Assembly (NCBI GenBank): GCA_035291665.1
Contig: DATDRP010000003.1
Coordinates: 212,549-276,548, forward strand
Source: Patescibacteria group bacterium
GTDB lineage: Bacteria; Patescibacteriota; Microgenomatia; UBA8517
Length of the DNA: 64,000 bases
Direction: 5' to 3'
Notes under the pieces: generated by a model
Seen by the model: the letters and a program-made list of their open reading frames with translations, nothing else
Told to the model about the DNA's origin: nothing
The model's database searches: none
Shown: piece by piece, positions 48,560 to 59,198 of the stretch
How positions within the stretch are numbered: the stretch's first letter is position 1
Layout of the letters: each line of letters begins with the position of its first letter
Program-made: the position numbers and the translations under genes

Positions 48560-50425
48560 TTAATTTAGTCCAAACTCCCACAGCTTTTCGGGGGTCATTA
48601 CCAAAACCTTATCATCGACAACCAAGATAGCATTTGCATCGGAAAATACATCGCTTTCGTAATATTTTTGATAATTCCCCTCTTTGTCAAATACGACAAT
48701 TCTTTTTAGGTTGGGTACAAGAATATATAACTCATTTAGATTTTCGTCCGTATATATGCTTTTCCCATCAGCTATTTCAAACGGTACACCTTTAGGTGTA
48801 AAAGATATATCATTTCCCAGGCTGAAACGTCGTATTTTACCGCTACCTTTCAAAACCCAAATACTTCCGTCAAATGCCCATGAGACCGAGTCGCCAATAT
48901 CAGAACTTTCAGCCGTAAGCCACGCCGATCCGGACGAAAAACCCGACTCCGTACCTGCATATTTCGTAATTGATCCTTTACTTTTACTTAAGAAGTACAA
49001 GTTTGAAGCAAAGGAATACAATAACCCGTCGTCAAAATCCGCATCAACCACCCTTTTTAAGGACCCTCCGCTCTCCGAATATATACCATCATTTTTTAGT
49101 AAATATACATTTCCGAGGCTTGAAGATATTCTTTTTGAACCCTCAACAGCATCTGACCCCAAGAAACTTAACGATTTCTTACTCTCAAAAACTATCGAAA
49201 CCACTTTTTTCGATTCAGACGACAAAACATAAATTGTTCCGTCAGATATGGTTATATCGCTTCCCTTGAACCCATCCGACAGGAGTGTTAAGTCCAAATA
49301 AAGCTGGGGATTAACCATATACTCCCCCAAAACCTTACCCTGAGAATTTTTAATATTCGCAGATAATTCTGTCAGTTTTGAGTCGTCAATTCCCCGGGAG
49401 GTGAGAGATTCTGTGATACTTCTTGACTCAATAAACATGTCCCTTGCCCTATTCGGATCAAGCGCTATCAACTTCTGCGATTCATCATATAAAGAAACTG
49501 CTTTAATAAGATCTGATTCATACGAGCTTTTATATTCTGAGTCCTGCTTTTTCTTAAGACCAAAGACAACGCTTACTCCCAATAAAGTAAGAAGAATCAA
49601 ACCAAGAAAAAGCGTACTTTTCTTTCTACTCCCACCGGCGACATCTTCCTCAAAACGGGATTTTACAATTATTCTTTTTACGGGGATAAGGCCTTTTAGT
49701 CTTTCCAAAAAATTAATTTTCGGATATTCCGGTTGAGTGGCTTCTTCATCAACAACCTCTTGAGATGCGTCCTGGGTATCAAGCTCTTCAAGTGTTTTTT
49801 GAAGTTTGCCGGTAAATTCTATTACCAAAACACCTTTCTTCCCCGAACTTCCGTCATTTGAAACCATGGGGGCAAGAACTTCAAGGGCGTCTTTTAGACC
49901 ATACCCCAGCGCGTTTTTCAATTCGGAATTTTTTATCCCTGACATGAAGCCGTTTGTTGAGAGAATCAGGAAATCTTTGTCTTTTGCGTAGCCGTTTGCA
50001 GAAATCACTTTTTCGCCAAAACTGTCAAGAATTCTGACCAGATAGTTATCCCTCAGAAGGATAACTTTTGTACCGTTAGTGCAAACGGCATAAATATTAT
50101 TTCCGACTACAGAAACGGCGGCGATTTCAAAATGGAGCAGGAATTTTTCAAATTCATCATAAATTTTGACAACCGCATCCCGTAAAGCGTTAAGGGGTTC
50201 TTTATCAATATTTCCAAAATATTCCTCCTGCAGCCTCTGAAGACATTCTCTTCCCAACTTGGCGCTTTCTATATCAATATTGTCCTTGCTGGCGCTGAAA
50301 AGAACATGAATTTTTCCCCTTTTAATCTGCTTTTCAGGAGTGGCAGGGAAAAAATCATACGCCTGTGTCCATCCGGAACCGTCGGGGTTACCGGTAAGCT
50401 TTACGCAGTTTGTTCCCAAATCCAT
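48560..50425 (-). CDS. Membrane protein: PP2C-like N-domain, TM, probable beta-propeller
   Basis: DFLILSTNG, central TM, repeated beta motifs (DGTIYVL, SNLYFL, DGSIWVL). Confidence 0.65.
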   Translation of the reverse strand: MDLGTNCVKLTGNPDGSGWTQAYDFFPATPEKQIKRGKIHVLFSASKDNIDIESAKLGRECLQRLQEEYFGNIDKEPLNALRDAVVKIYDEFEKFLLHFEIAAVSVVGNNIYAVCTNGTKVILLRDNYLVRILDSFGEKVISANGYAKDKDFLILSTNGFMSGIKNSELKNALGYGLKDALEVLAPMVSNDGSSGKKGVLVIEFTGKLQKTLEELDTQDASQEVVDEEATQPEYPKINFLERLKGLIPVKRIIVKSRFEEDVAGGSRKKSTLFLGLILLTLLGVSVVFGLKKKQDSEYKSSYESDLIKAVSLYDESQKLIALDPNRARDMFIESRSITESLTSRGIDDSKLTELSANIKNSQGKVLGEYMVNPQLYLDLTLLSDGFKGSDITISDGTIYVLSSESKKVVSIVFESKKSLSFLGSDAVEGSKRISSSLGNVYLLKNDGIYSESGGSLKRVVDADFDDGLLYSFASNLYFLSKSKGSITKYAGTESGFSSGSAWLTAESSDIGDSVSWAFDGSIWVLKGSGKIRRFSLGNDISFTPKGVPFEIADGKSIYTDENLNELYILVPNLKRIVVFDKEGNYQKYYESDVFSDANAILVVDDKVLVMTPEKLWEFGLN

Positions 50426-50503
50426 TTTTTAATATTTTAAAACGAAAAAAGTTTATCAGTTAAATATTCGGTAACTTCAAATGCTAAAACCTTTAACGGT
50501 GTT

Positions 50504-50728
50504 TCACATTATTATCGAATAAATAAAAACCAAAATTGCTGTAAACAAATGAAGGGCAGCAGCAATTCTTAATGGTTTCTCAAAATTCACTTCAAGAGTT
50601 TGAGTCATAATATTAACCTGCTTCAAAACCACAAATGCAAAAACAACATACAAAGCCATACCAACAATAGCTGCAATTTTCAGGATAATAAATCCTGTTG
50701 ATTCAAGCTGCGGTATTTCAAAGGGCAT
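50504..50728 (-). CDS. Small two-TM protein (DUF5657-like)
   Basis: LYVVFAFVVLKQVNIMTQTL. Confidence 0.7.
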   Translation of the reverse strand: MPFEIPQLESTGFIILKIAAIVGMALYVVFAFVVLKQVNIMTQTLEVNFEKPLRIAAALHLFTAILVFIYSIIM

Positions 50729-51501
50729 TATCTTACCCTCCCTTCCAATTTTTCTACTTCTTCCTCAATACGAAGCTCTCTCAGAACTTTAGCAACTTTG
50801 TCCGGAAACGGAACCGCTTCGAATTCTATCTCTGGAACTTCTGAAGCAGTCTGGACTAGAACATCGCCATAATTAAACATCGTCCTTATTCCTCCGCCAA
50901 GCTGGACTGTAACGTCCTGGATTTGGTCAATATTAGCATCTGTCATTTTTCTGTAAATTAAATTGTAAAAATCTACATCAAAAATCCGCTCATCAGTAAT
51001 TATATTTACGGAAAAAAACCAATCTAAAAATTTTTCAAACATATAAGCAAAGACTAATAAATACCATGCCATAACAGCGAAAACCTGATAACTCGCAGGG
51101 ATACTTTCAAAAGGCGGAAGGATAGTAAAGAACGACGGAGCTATTATCAAAAAGAATGATGCTATTACCCATTTAATATTTGTTATTGCATGTCTTCGTA
51201 ATATTAAAACTATTCTTTCCTGGGGATCTTTGTTAACAAAATCAGCACGCGTCGGAAAATAAATATACGACGCCAATGGATTTGAAGTGTATCCGGGCAG
51301 TTTCTCGGCAGCTTCTTTTGTAAGCGGATATTCCAAAGCGCCTGCTTTTTCGGCAACTTTATTTTTCTTGATGCCATCAAGTATTTCCGGAAGTTTCTTT
51401 TCCGATACCAAGTTGCTCTTTACTTTAGCTTCTGCATTCTCAATGCTTCCGGGCTCCGGATTTTTCGCGATGGTATCTTTTGATATAAATAAATCGGGCA
51501 T
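50728..51501 (-). CDS. Bacterial PH-domain membrane protein
   Basis: ERIVLILRRH, 2 TM, IITDERI, IQDVT, FNYGDVLVQTA. Confidence 0.8.
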   Translation of the reverse strand: MPDLFISKDTIAKNPEPGSIENAEAKVKSNLVSEKKLPEILDGIKKNKVAEKAGALEYPLTKEAAEKLPGYTSNPLASYIYFPTRADFVNKDPQERIVLILRRHAITNIKWVIASFFLIIAPSFFTILPPFESIPASYQVFAVMAWYLLVFAYMFEKFLDWFFSVNIITDERIFDVDFYNLIYRKMTDANIDQIQDVTVQLGGGIRTMFNYGDVLVQTASEVPEIEFEAVPFPDKVAKVLRELRIEEEVEKLEGRVR

Positions 51502-51664
51502 AACTTAGTTACTAGAGAAAAGTAAAAAGTGCATAGTCAGTTTGAGTTCAATACTTACTGGATTATAACATTTGCGAGTGTAAATGTTTAAGCGGGGGTG
51601 CTTTTATATTTTACAAACTTATTACTTTTCTCTTTTCACTTATCTCATTGTACTAAGTACTAAA

Positions 51665-53404
51665 TTACAGTTTCTCTAAATTATAAAGCGAGCTTTTTAA
51701 CCCGACATAACCGGGCGCCCGAAGATTGAAAGCTTTTTTAAATTCATCTCCGGGAATATTAATGCTTCCTTTGTTTGTCGAAAATATTACAGTTTGAGTT
51801 GATCCTGAATTGGAATAAACAACACTTATAGATGAAGCACTAGTAAATCCGCCGATCCCGGCAAGATCACTCAAGGAGTAGGGATTACCACCCCAGCAGC
51901 TGGTATCAACCGGACTTATCCTTGAAACATCTCCCCCGCCTTTATTTAAGACACTCCAGGCGTTTATTATGTCTGCAGTTTGTTCACTCGTCAGCCACGG
52001 GTTTACCTTACCGCAAGTCGCGCCTGAACGGGATTTGTACCAGCCTTTGTAAAACCAAGGGGATCCGGAAATTTTTTCATAGGCTGAATTTGGCCAATTA
52101 CCGTCTTTGGCATCTTTTATCCCTGTCCATCCCCATTGGGATATGGTAAATCCTCCCGCAGTAGATGCGTAATAAGTCTTTGCCGGAGTTCCCCCGACAG
52201 TCAAAACCCAACCTCGGGTATCGCGTACTGCCTGTGCCCATTTACCCGATTTTAGCTGTGGCTTATACACCTGACAGCTTTCGGTTGTACAAATACTTCC
52301 GGCTCCGTTATTGGTGTACGAAAGTGCGTAAGTCCTGGCGGCAACCGCCTGCGCTTTGAGAGCTTCGTACCCGCCATTATCCCCCCACTTTTCGGGGACC
52401 TCATAAATTCCAAGGAGGTAATTTTCCTCAAAAGAAACCCTTCCGATGCCGGTCACTCCGATGGTTGCCGGAACGGGATAATTTTTATTAAGTGTTGCAC
52501 CCTGAAAATAATCCGATAAAATTTGTTCTGCCGATTGACCTGATTTTGATCTTCCGTACGCGCCGTATTGGCTCATGCCTGTTCTATGGGGCGCACCAAA
52601 TGAAAACGCAGCAAACGCCGGGCGGTATCCGGGGTCGCAAAAATTTGCAGAGCCGGGCGGACCGGAACAGGGTTCAAGCGTTTCAGGAGTATCTCCGACC
52701 GAGGTTTGGAAGCCTCCCTCCTTTTGGGCAATCAGGGCTTGCTGTTTGGAAGACAGAGTAGCCAAATAGCTTTCTGTTTTTTCAACCTCCACTGATAGGA
52801 ATGCTGCTCTTTCTGAAACGTTTTTCTTAACAGATGCAAGCAATGTCTGGTTTTTTTCCAGACTTTCCTTATCGCTTTTCAGTTTTACCAGATCTGCCGC
52901 ATATTTCTCCATCGTTTTTATGTCCTCACCCGTTGCTTTTTTACGAAGATTAATTTCTCTGAAGGCGTTGCTGGCATTGGCGGCAGTAATAAAAGCCTGA
53001 AATTCATCGTAAAAGCGGATAAAAATATAGTGATTTTTTGTTTTTTCTTCGAATATTCTTTGCGCGTACGCAAGATCGCCTTCCCGCTCTTTAATGTTTT
53101 GTTCTGTAACTTTCAACTGCGCTGAAAGAGCTGCAATCTTTTTTTCTAAAGAAGATATCTGGATTCTTAAATCAGCCAACTCTTGTTTGTTATATTCGTG
53201 GGCGGGTTTAAGAGCGTCGATCTCTTTCTGAAGTTTGTCCAAACAAAAATCAATATCACCTATACTTGGAGCATCGCAGTTCGGTTCGGCAGTCACATAC
53301 CGAAGCTTTGCTCCCAGAAGGAAAAAGGGGGAGATAATAATTAAGAAGGTTACCAGCAAAAATAATTTACTCCCAAGTGGAGGTTGGGGCTTTCCGGAAA
53401 TCAT
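51665..53404 (-). CDS. Coiled-coil plus SpoIID/LytB domain protein
   Basis: HRTGMSQYGA, EALKAQAVAARTYA, ICTTESCQVY; ATG at 53404 preferred. Confidence 0.85.
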   Translation of the reverse strand: MISGKPQPPLGSKLFLLVTFLIIISPFFLLGAKLRYVTAEPNCDAPSIGDIDFCLDKLQKEIDALKPAHEYNKQELADLRIQISSLEKKIAALSAQLKVTEQNIKEREGDLAYAQRIFEEKTKNHYIFIRFYDEFQAFITAANASNAFREINLRKKATGEDIKTMEKYAADLVKLKSDKESLEKNQTLLASVKKNVSERAAFLSVEVEKTESYLATLSSKQQALIAQKEGGFQTSVGDTPETLEPCSGPPGSANFCDPGYRPAFAAFSFGAPHRTGMSQYGAYGRSKSGQSAEQILSDYFQGATLNKNYPVPATIGVTGIGRVSFEENYLLGIYEVPEKWGDNGGYEALKAQAVAARTYALSYTNNGAGSICTTESCQVYKPQLKSGKWAQAVRDTRGWVLTVGGTPAKTYYASTAGGFTISQWGWTGIKDAKDGNWPNSAYEKISGSPWFYKGWYKSRSGATCGKVNPWLTSEQTADIINAWSVLNKGGGDVSRISPVDTSCWGGNPYSLSDLAGIGGFTSASSISVVYSNSGSTQTVIFSTNKGSINIPGDEFKKAFNLRAPGYVGLKSSLYNLEKL

Positions 53405-53423
53405 AGTAAAATAATATTTATCC

Positions 53424-55100
53424 ATGAAATACTTCATTAAAATTATATCAGGAGTCATAAAGACAAAGCTATTTAAAATTTTACTTCCTATCTTTATAAG
53501 CGGATTTTATATTTTCCTGAACCCGAAGATTCTTGATGCACAAACCAGCTTTTCCTACACATCGTTTACCCACAGGTCTCAGTTGAATACCGATCAAATA
53601 AACGCCTGTGTTACAAATGACCATGCCTATTTTACTGCACAGGGAATTTCCAGCGGGAGGTATATTTACGTACTTTTCCGACAAACCGGAGGAGATTATT
53701 ATCCAATCCTTCCTGATTTTACTATTAACACTAACGGTTCCGATTATACTTGGGACCAAAGATTTGATTTTATAACCGCAGGTTTTCCTCAGGGGTTATG
53801 CGCAACGGCTTCTGCATACGATGTCCCGACCGGCACCTACCAAGTACGGCTATATGACTATACAAGCTGGTTCAATTTCATAAATAGCGGCACTCCGACA
53901 ACCAATTATGGCGTAAGCAGTTCCTACGGTGGAATCTTGTACATTTCAACTCCCACCCTCCCAACCGCAGTACCGACAGCGGGTCCGACCGCCACACCGC
54001 CTCCATCATGTTCTTTGGCATATTGCTCCCAAGACACAGCAAGATGTACAGAGTCAATATGTGTAGGGTGTCCTTTTTGCGGATGTCCTGATAATCTGTT
54101 ATCGTCCAATGAAGAAAAATTTGCTTTCTGTTCGAGTGCATCAGTGGTTCCCCCAAGCGGACCGGGAAATACCAGTTTCACCTTTGAAGGAAGAAATTGT
54201 GTAAATATCGGAAGCGCTTCATATTACCGGATGAGTATCTATGATGGTAACGGTTTAATAAACTCTTCAACCCCCCAGATTTATGCCGTTGATGCCGATT
54301 CTGACGGGCAAATGGATGATGTTCGGGCTTCAATAGCTCTTGCAACTTTTCAGAATCCGGGAACTTTCTATGCAAAATTGTTTGCTCCCTACACAGACAT
54401 TTCCGGAAATCCGTTTGTTGGTGCCCAGTGTGCTCCTTTCGGGGTAACCAGCCCTGTTGCGTCCTCCACCTGCTGTAACATTGATCCTTCATCTAATCCT
54501 GCAGCCTTTTGCGGTCCTCCTTTGGGATGTACCAATGTCGGATCAAACGATCCCAGTCTTTGTCCCGCATCCTGTCCGCCGGAACGTTTTTACTGCACAA
54601 GCGAAGTCTGGGTTTGTATGAATCGTAACGCCTGTAGCGGATTTTTTACAGGTAATGCGGGAACATGTCGTTTTGCAAGATGTCCGGAAAATATGGTTTT
54701 TGATGGGTTTAACCCTCCGACGAATAACGATTGTCCGGTATTGTTTGCCTGCTGTACTGATCCGCAACCTGCAATAACAAGAGCGCTTCTTAATACCGGC
54801 TGTACGACAACAGACGGTCAGCAAGGTATAAATACGGCTGTTGGTTGTATCGCAACCACAACTAATATTCAATTCTTAACTTTTGTACTTCCTTGGGCAT
54901 TGGGTGTTGCAGGCGGAACTTCATTCATTTTATTTATTGTATCAGCAGTTATGTTTTCAACGTCCGCGGGAGATCCCCAAAGAATTAAATCCGCAAAACA
55001 ACTCTTCTGGTCAGCGTTAACCGGACTTATAATGATCATTTTTTCCGTTTATTTACTTAATTTGATAGGTCTTCAGATTCTCCGACTCCCGGGAATATAA
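53424..55100 (+). CDS. Cys-rich protein with C-terminal VirB2/TrbC-like pilin domain
   Basis: Signal ..DAQ; SAGDPQRIKSAK..ALTGL 2-TM hairpin. Confidence 0.75.
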   Translation: MKYFIKIISGVIKTKLFKILLPIFISGFYIFLNPKILDAQTSFSYTSFTHRSQLNTDQINACVTNDHAYFTAQGISSGRYIYVLFRQTGGDYYPILPDFTINTNGSDYTWDQRFDFITAGFPQGLCATASAYDVPTGTYQVRLYDYTSWFNFINSGTPTTNYGVSSSYGGILYISTPTLPTAVPTAGPTATPPPSCSLAYCSQDTARCTESICVGCPFCGCPDNLLSSNEEKFAFCSSASVVPPSGPGNTSFTFEGRNCVNIGSASYYRMSIYDGNGLINSSTPQIYAVDADSDGQMDDVRASIALATFQNPGTFYAKLFAPYTDISGNPFVGAQCAPFGVTSPVASSTCCNIDPSSNPAAFCGPPLGCTNVGSNDPSLCPASCPPERFYCTSEVWVCMNRNACSGFFTGNAGTCRFARCPENMVFDGFNPPTNNDCPVLFACCTDPQPAITRALLNTGCTTTDGQQGINTAVGCIATTTNIQFLTFVLPWALGVAGGTSFILFIVSAVMFSTSAGDPQRIKSAKQLFWSALTGLIMIIFSVYLLNLIGLQILRLPGI

Positions 55101-55148
55101 TTGGCCTGAAATATTCTTGGATGCTGATATAAGATATAATAAATTGAC

Positions 55149-56588
55149 ATGAAAGCGATTGTAAAAAATCTTCTATTTTTAGCTTTGACAATATTTTTTT
55201 TTATCGCTTCGGATGAACTTACAATTGCGCAGGAATACGGGACTTACAGTTGTACCTATATTCCGACAAGTCCTTCCTGTTCCGGCAACCCAGCCAGTTG
55301 TACAACCTATGGCTGCCGATTCCCAACGGATGACAGTACGGCTGGTTGCGGCCAATTTAACGGCGATGCCGTGCAGTGTTCTTCATCCACTTTCGCCTGC
55401 GACTTCTGTCCGATTATGACTCATTCCCCGATGCAAATAAGTGATTGTTCCCAGGGAGTAAGGTTTCAGGCATTGCTTCTTAATGACACCATGTCCTATA
55501 CCATTAGGCTTTACAATCTTGGCAACGGCCGTTTATACGATGTACCCCAAGCGTCAATTGTGTCTCAATCTTCATATGACCAAACTTTATATTTTGATGT
55601 AACCGATATTAATGACGAAAACCTTGTGCTTTGTAATAATTCTCAAACCAGTGCAAGAATCCCGTCGGGTTTCTACCAAGTTAGGTTGTATACACAGGGG
55701 ACTTCTTATTACCGCGTCAGTAATGCCGGAAGTCTTTACTTTGTCCAACCTGTAATCACACCCCAACCCGGGACCTGTTCCTGTAACCAAAACGGTACAG
55801 CGTGTACGGTAAATTCAAGCCCCACCTGCAACTCAGGCTACTTACCCTCCTGCTTCTATGGGGGAACATTTTGCGGATGTAATTGTGTTACCCCCACTCC
55901 GGGGGGATCAGGGCTTCCCTGTCCTGTAACAACGCCCGGCATCCAATGCTGCGCTTCTTCATCCGCCTGTTCCTCTCCCGCCGGTACGGTGTTAACTCAG
56001 TATTCATGTGCGACCGGTGTCTGCTGCCAGGGTGCATGTACGGCAGTTGCTCCGACTGTCGCCATTCCTCCCGAATTCGCCGCATGCGATACGACCTGTT
56101 CAGCAAATCCGGAACCATACACGATAGGAAATTGTTCCCGAACCGGAGGTAATCCGGACACTTCAAAATGCCAGCGTCCGGTTTCAAATCCGGGATATGA
56201 CTGTAATATCAACGGGGTAACCTATGACTGCTTTTGCTGTTCGGAGCTTCTTTCGTCATCTACTGCAGCACTCACCCCAAGACCATCTCTTCCTGCCACT
56301 TGTGCTAACAACGGAATAGATACTGCAATCGGATGTTTGCCTGTGGGGAACCGCCAGCTATTCTTGCAATTTATTCTTCGCTGGGCACTGGGAATCTCGG
56401 GTGGAACTGCTCTTGTCATGATTGCCTATTCCGGAATTTTAATCATGACAGCACAGGGCGATAAGCAAAGACTTCAAACCGGCAAGGAATTTTTGACAGC
56501 ATCGGTGGCAGGCATAATGATGATTATTTTTTCGGCGTATTTATTGCAGCTTATCGGTGTAACCATATTCCGGCTGCCAGGAATATAA
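55149..56588 (+). CDS. Cys-rich protein with C-terminal VirB2/TrbC-like pilin domain
   Basis: Signal ..IAQ; AQGDKQRLQTGKE..VAGI. Confidence 0.75.
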   Translation: MKAIVKNLLFLALTIFFFIASDELTIAQEYGTYSCTYIPTSPSCSGNPASCTTYGCRFPTDDSTAGCGQFNGDAVQCSSSTFACDFCPIMTHSPMQISDCSQGVRFQALLLNDTMSYTIRLYNLGNGRLYDVPQASIVSQSSYDQTLYFDVTDINDENLVLCNNSQTSARIPSGFYQVRLYTQGTSYYRVSNAGSLYFVQPVITPQPGTCSCNQNGTACTVNSSPTCNSGYLPSCFYGGTFCGCNCVTPTPGGSGLPCPVTTPGIQCCASSSACSSPAGTVLTQYSCATGVCCQGACTAVAPTVAIPPEFAACDTTCSANPEPYTIGNCSRTGGNPDTSKCQRPVSNPGYDCNINGVTYDCFCCSELLSSSTAALTPRPSLPATCANNGIDTAIGCLPVGNRQLFLQFILRWALGISGGTALVMIAYSGILIMTAQGDKQRLQTGKEFLTASVAGIMMIIFSAYLLQLIGVTIFRLPGI

Positions 56589-56632
56589 GTAAGCCGTTTA
56601 TATCCTGCCATAAAAAATATAGAATAATAACA

Positions 56633-57211
56633 ATGAAGAAAAGTCTATTTACACTCTTACTCATCGCCTTCGTGGGTTACTTCATGATCCTTAAACCTGA
56701 TATTGCCAGCGCTCAGGGGTACGGTACCTGCACCTGGAACGGTCCGGAATTCGGCGGCTACTGTCAAGTGGGCTCGGTAAATTGCGATCCTAACTGTTTC
56801 GCACCGGCAAGTGCATGCGTCGGAATCCAGTTCAGTTCCTGTCCCGGCGCAACATTCGTCTGCGGCAACTGCTTTGTCCCACCAACAAGCGCACCGCCGC
56901 CTCCCAGCAACCTGGACTTTAATAGCTTGTATAGCGCAATTGGTTTTCGATTCGGCGGTTCAACGGTTGGCAACATTATCAGTGTTGCCAACACATATCT
57001 CTTTCCGATTGCTGGCTTAATACTTCTTTTATATCTGATATACGGAGGGTTAAATTTAATGCTGTCTGGCGGAGATCCGAAAAAAGCGGCTGCAGCAAAA
57101 TCAATTATCTCAACTGCAATTATGGGAATAATTATTATCTTTGCAGCTTACTGGATTGTTCAGTTGGTTGGAAGAATACTTGGTCTTACACAAATTTCAC
57201 TTACTTTTTAA
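56633..57211 (+). CDS. Cys-rich VirB2/TrbC-like pilin
   Basis: Signal ..SAQ; YGG..SGGDPKKAAAAK..AIMG. Confidence 0.8.
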   Translation: MKKSLFTLLLIAFVGYFMILKPDIASAQGYGTCTWNGPEFGGYCQVGSVNCDPNCFAPASACVGIQFSSCPGATFVCGNCFVPPTSAPPPPSNLDFNSLYSAIGFRFGGSTVGNIISVANTYLFPIAGLILLLYLIYGGLNLMLSGGDPKKAAAAKSIISTAIMGIIIIFAAYWIVQLVGRILGLTQISLTF

Positions 57212-57214
57212 ATT

Positions 57215-57541
57215 ATGAATAAACTTGCACTTGTTGATATCGGAAGCGTTTTTGGAAGCCCGTTCGGAAGAGACAGGGGTTTTGCCGATTTTGTGTCGGT
57301 TGTTCTTTTTAATGTTATTGCATTGGCATCCGTACTTTTATTGATATTAATAATTTACGGTTCAATTACAATCATAGCCGGAGCCGGGAGCGGCAATAAA
57401 GAAGATGTTGGTAAAGGAAGGAAAGCTGTCACTTCAGCGCTCGTCGGCTTTTTGATTATTTTCGTTTCTTATTGGATAATATATTTATTGCAAAGAATTT
57501 TGGGTTTTAATATATTGCAGCCTTTTCAACCGCTACCATGA
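57215..57541 (+). CDS. VirB2/TrbC-like pilin
   Basis: SGNKEDVGKGRKAVTSALVG. Confidence 0.8.
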   Translation: MNKLALVDIGSVFGSPFGRDRGFADFVSVVLFNVIALASVLLLILIIYGSITIIAGAGSGNKEDVGKGRKAVTSALVGFLIIFVSYWIIYLLQRILGFNILQPFQPLP

Positions 57542-57894
57542 ATAACCTGCTCGCTCAGTTCGGAAGAGTTAACCCCCCGCCGGGAGTAAGCTCTTGGATT
57601 GCAAATGCCGGTGGAAATTCGGAAACGGGGTTGCAGCGTTTTGTTTCAGCAATTATCCAAACATTAATTGCCGGCGCCGGAATATACGCTCTTATCAATC
57701 TGGTAATGGCCGGATATTCTTTTATGTCTGCCGGCGGTAATCCGGAAAAAATTGCACAATCCTGGGGAAAAATCTGGCAGACACTCCTTGGACTTCTGGT
57801 TGCTGCAGGGGCGTTTGTTCTTGCCGGAGTATTCGGCCAGATTATATTCGGTAATCCCCGCGCGCTAATACAAATACAAATTTTTACACCGTAA
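57538..57894 (+). CDS. VirB2/TrbC-like pilin
   Basis: AGYSFMSAGGNPEKIAQSW. Confidence 0.8.
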   Translation: MNNLLAQFGRVNPPPGVSSWIANAGGNSETGLQRFVSAIIQTLIAGAGIYALINLVMAGYSFMSAGGNPEKIAQSWGKIWQTLLGLLVAAGAFVLAGVFGQIIFGNPRALIQIQIFTP

Positions 57895-58260
57895 ATGAAA
57901 AACATACTTGCTCAAAATCCGCGAAATATTGGAGGAGAGATAAACGGTCTGGGTTCATACGGAACACCGGGGAACTCATCACCCGGACTGTTTGCAACCA
58001 TTCTCTCCCGAATAATCGGGCTTTTAACGATCGTTGCCGGAATATTTTTTATTTTTCTTCTTATTTCGGGGGGCATCGCCTGGATGTCGGCAGGAGGAGA
58101 TAAGGGAAAACTGGCGAGTGCCAGAACCAGCATGGTTAACGGAGCCGTTGGACTTGCTGTTGTTGTTGCCGGAATCTTTATCGTCCAAATCATTGGAAAC
58201 ATTATCGGAGTCGGAAATTTTCTTGATCCGGTTAACTTAATACAAAGGATAACCCCCTAA
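57895..58260 (+). CDS. VirB2/TrbC-like pilin
   Basis: GGIAWMSAGGDKGKLASAR. Confidence 0.85.
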   Translation: MKNILAQNPRNIGGEINGLGSYGTPGNSSPGLFATILSRIIGLLTIVAGIFFIFLLISGGIAWMSAGGDKGKLASARTSMVNGAVGLAVVVAGIFIVQIIGNIIGVGNFLDPVNLIQRITP

Positions 58261-58269
58261 CCCCACCCC

Positions 58270-58300
58270 TTGACAAGAATTTTGCATGGCCGGATAATAT
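58270..58300 (+). promoter_or_regulatory. Sigma70-type promoter
   Basis: TTGACA-17 nt-GATAAT upstream of ATG 58310. Confidence 0.6.
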
Positions 58301-58309
58301 TAATTGGAT

Positions 58310-58642
58310 ATGAGAAATTTATTGGCTCAAGGTTATGTGGTTAATTTGGATCCTCCCAACCAATTTCAAAATCTTGAAAATATTGATTTTGGATCACTCG
58401 TAACCATCGCGATTGCGTTTGTCATGATCGTTGCCGCCATTGCATTCTTCTTTATCCTGATCTTGGGTGGAATCAAATGGATCACCTCCGGTGGGGATAA
58501 AGGTAGAACTGAAGCTGCCCGCAGTCAGATTACAGCTGCACTTATTGGTCTTGTAATCGTATTTGCTTCCTGGGCAATCCTAAATATTGTGGAAAACTTC
58601 TTCCAGGTTAATTTGAGAAGCTTTAATCTCAACCTGTTTTAA
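58310..58642 (+). CDS. VirB2/TrbC-like pilin
   Basis: GGIKWITSGGDKGRTEAARSQITAALIG. Confidence 0.85.
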   Translation: MRNLLAQGYVVNLDPPNQFQNLENIDFGSLVTIAIAFVMIVAAIAFFFILILGGIKWITSGGDKGRTEAARSQITAALIGLVIVFASWAILNIVENFFQVNLRSFNLNLF

Positions 58643-58714
58643 ATCTTAAAAAGCATAAATTACTTTGAGATTTTTAGAACTTATTTCTAAAAACCGAAAG
58701 GGGGTGGAAAAAAG

Positions 58715-59041
58715 ATGAATCTATTAGCACAAGACACAGTCGTACTTAATGCTCCGGCAGGTTTTGAAAACCTTGAAAACATTTCGTTCGGAGGATTAGT
58801 GGGACTTGCTATTTCGTTCGTTCTGATTATTGCCGCAATCGCTTTCTTCTTTATGTTGGTCCTAGGTGGAATCAAGTGGATTACCTCAGGAGGAGACAAG
58901 GGAAAGACAGAAGCAGCCAGAAACCAGATTACAGCCGGATTGGTTGGTTTGGTTATCGTCTTTGCTGCGTGGGCAATATTGACTCTAATTGAAAGCTTCT
59001 TTGGTGTAAGTTTGAGGACATTTACAATTCCTGGAACTTAA
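58715..59041 (+). CDS. VirB2/TrbC-like pilin, candidate major subunit
   Basis: Close paralog of the previous gene; AAAGGGGGTG Shine-Dalgarno; terminator downstream. Confidence 0.85.
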   Translation: MNLLAQDTVVLNAPAGFENLENISFGGLVGLAISFVLIIAAIAFFFMLVLGGIKWITSGGDKGKTEAARNQITAGLVGLVIVFAAWAILTLIESFFGVSLRTFTIPGT

Positions 59042-59065
59042 AGAAACATGCAAGGAAGAATCAAT

Positions 59066-59097
59066 TAAAAAGCGGTCTTTTGTAAGGCCGCTTTTTA
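59066..59097 (+). terminator. Rho-independent terminator
   Basis: AAAAAGCGGTCTT-TTGT-AAGGCCGCTTTTT. Confidence 0.85.
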
Positions 59098-59198
59098 TTG
59101 TCTTGAGCATTGATAAACAAATCTTCTTAAACTAGAATTTATATGGTAGTAAAAAGAGATAAGGGCAAAGTTAAAAGTATTTAAAAAAAGGAAAATTT

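Noticed and set aside
58310-59041. DGR template/variable repeat pair
   Set aside because: Both are intact paralogs with mostly synonymous, non-adenine-specific differences; no reverse transcriptase.
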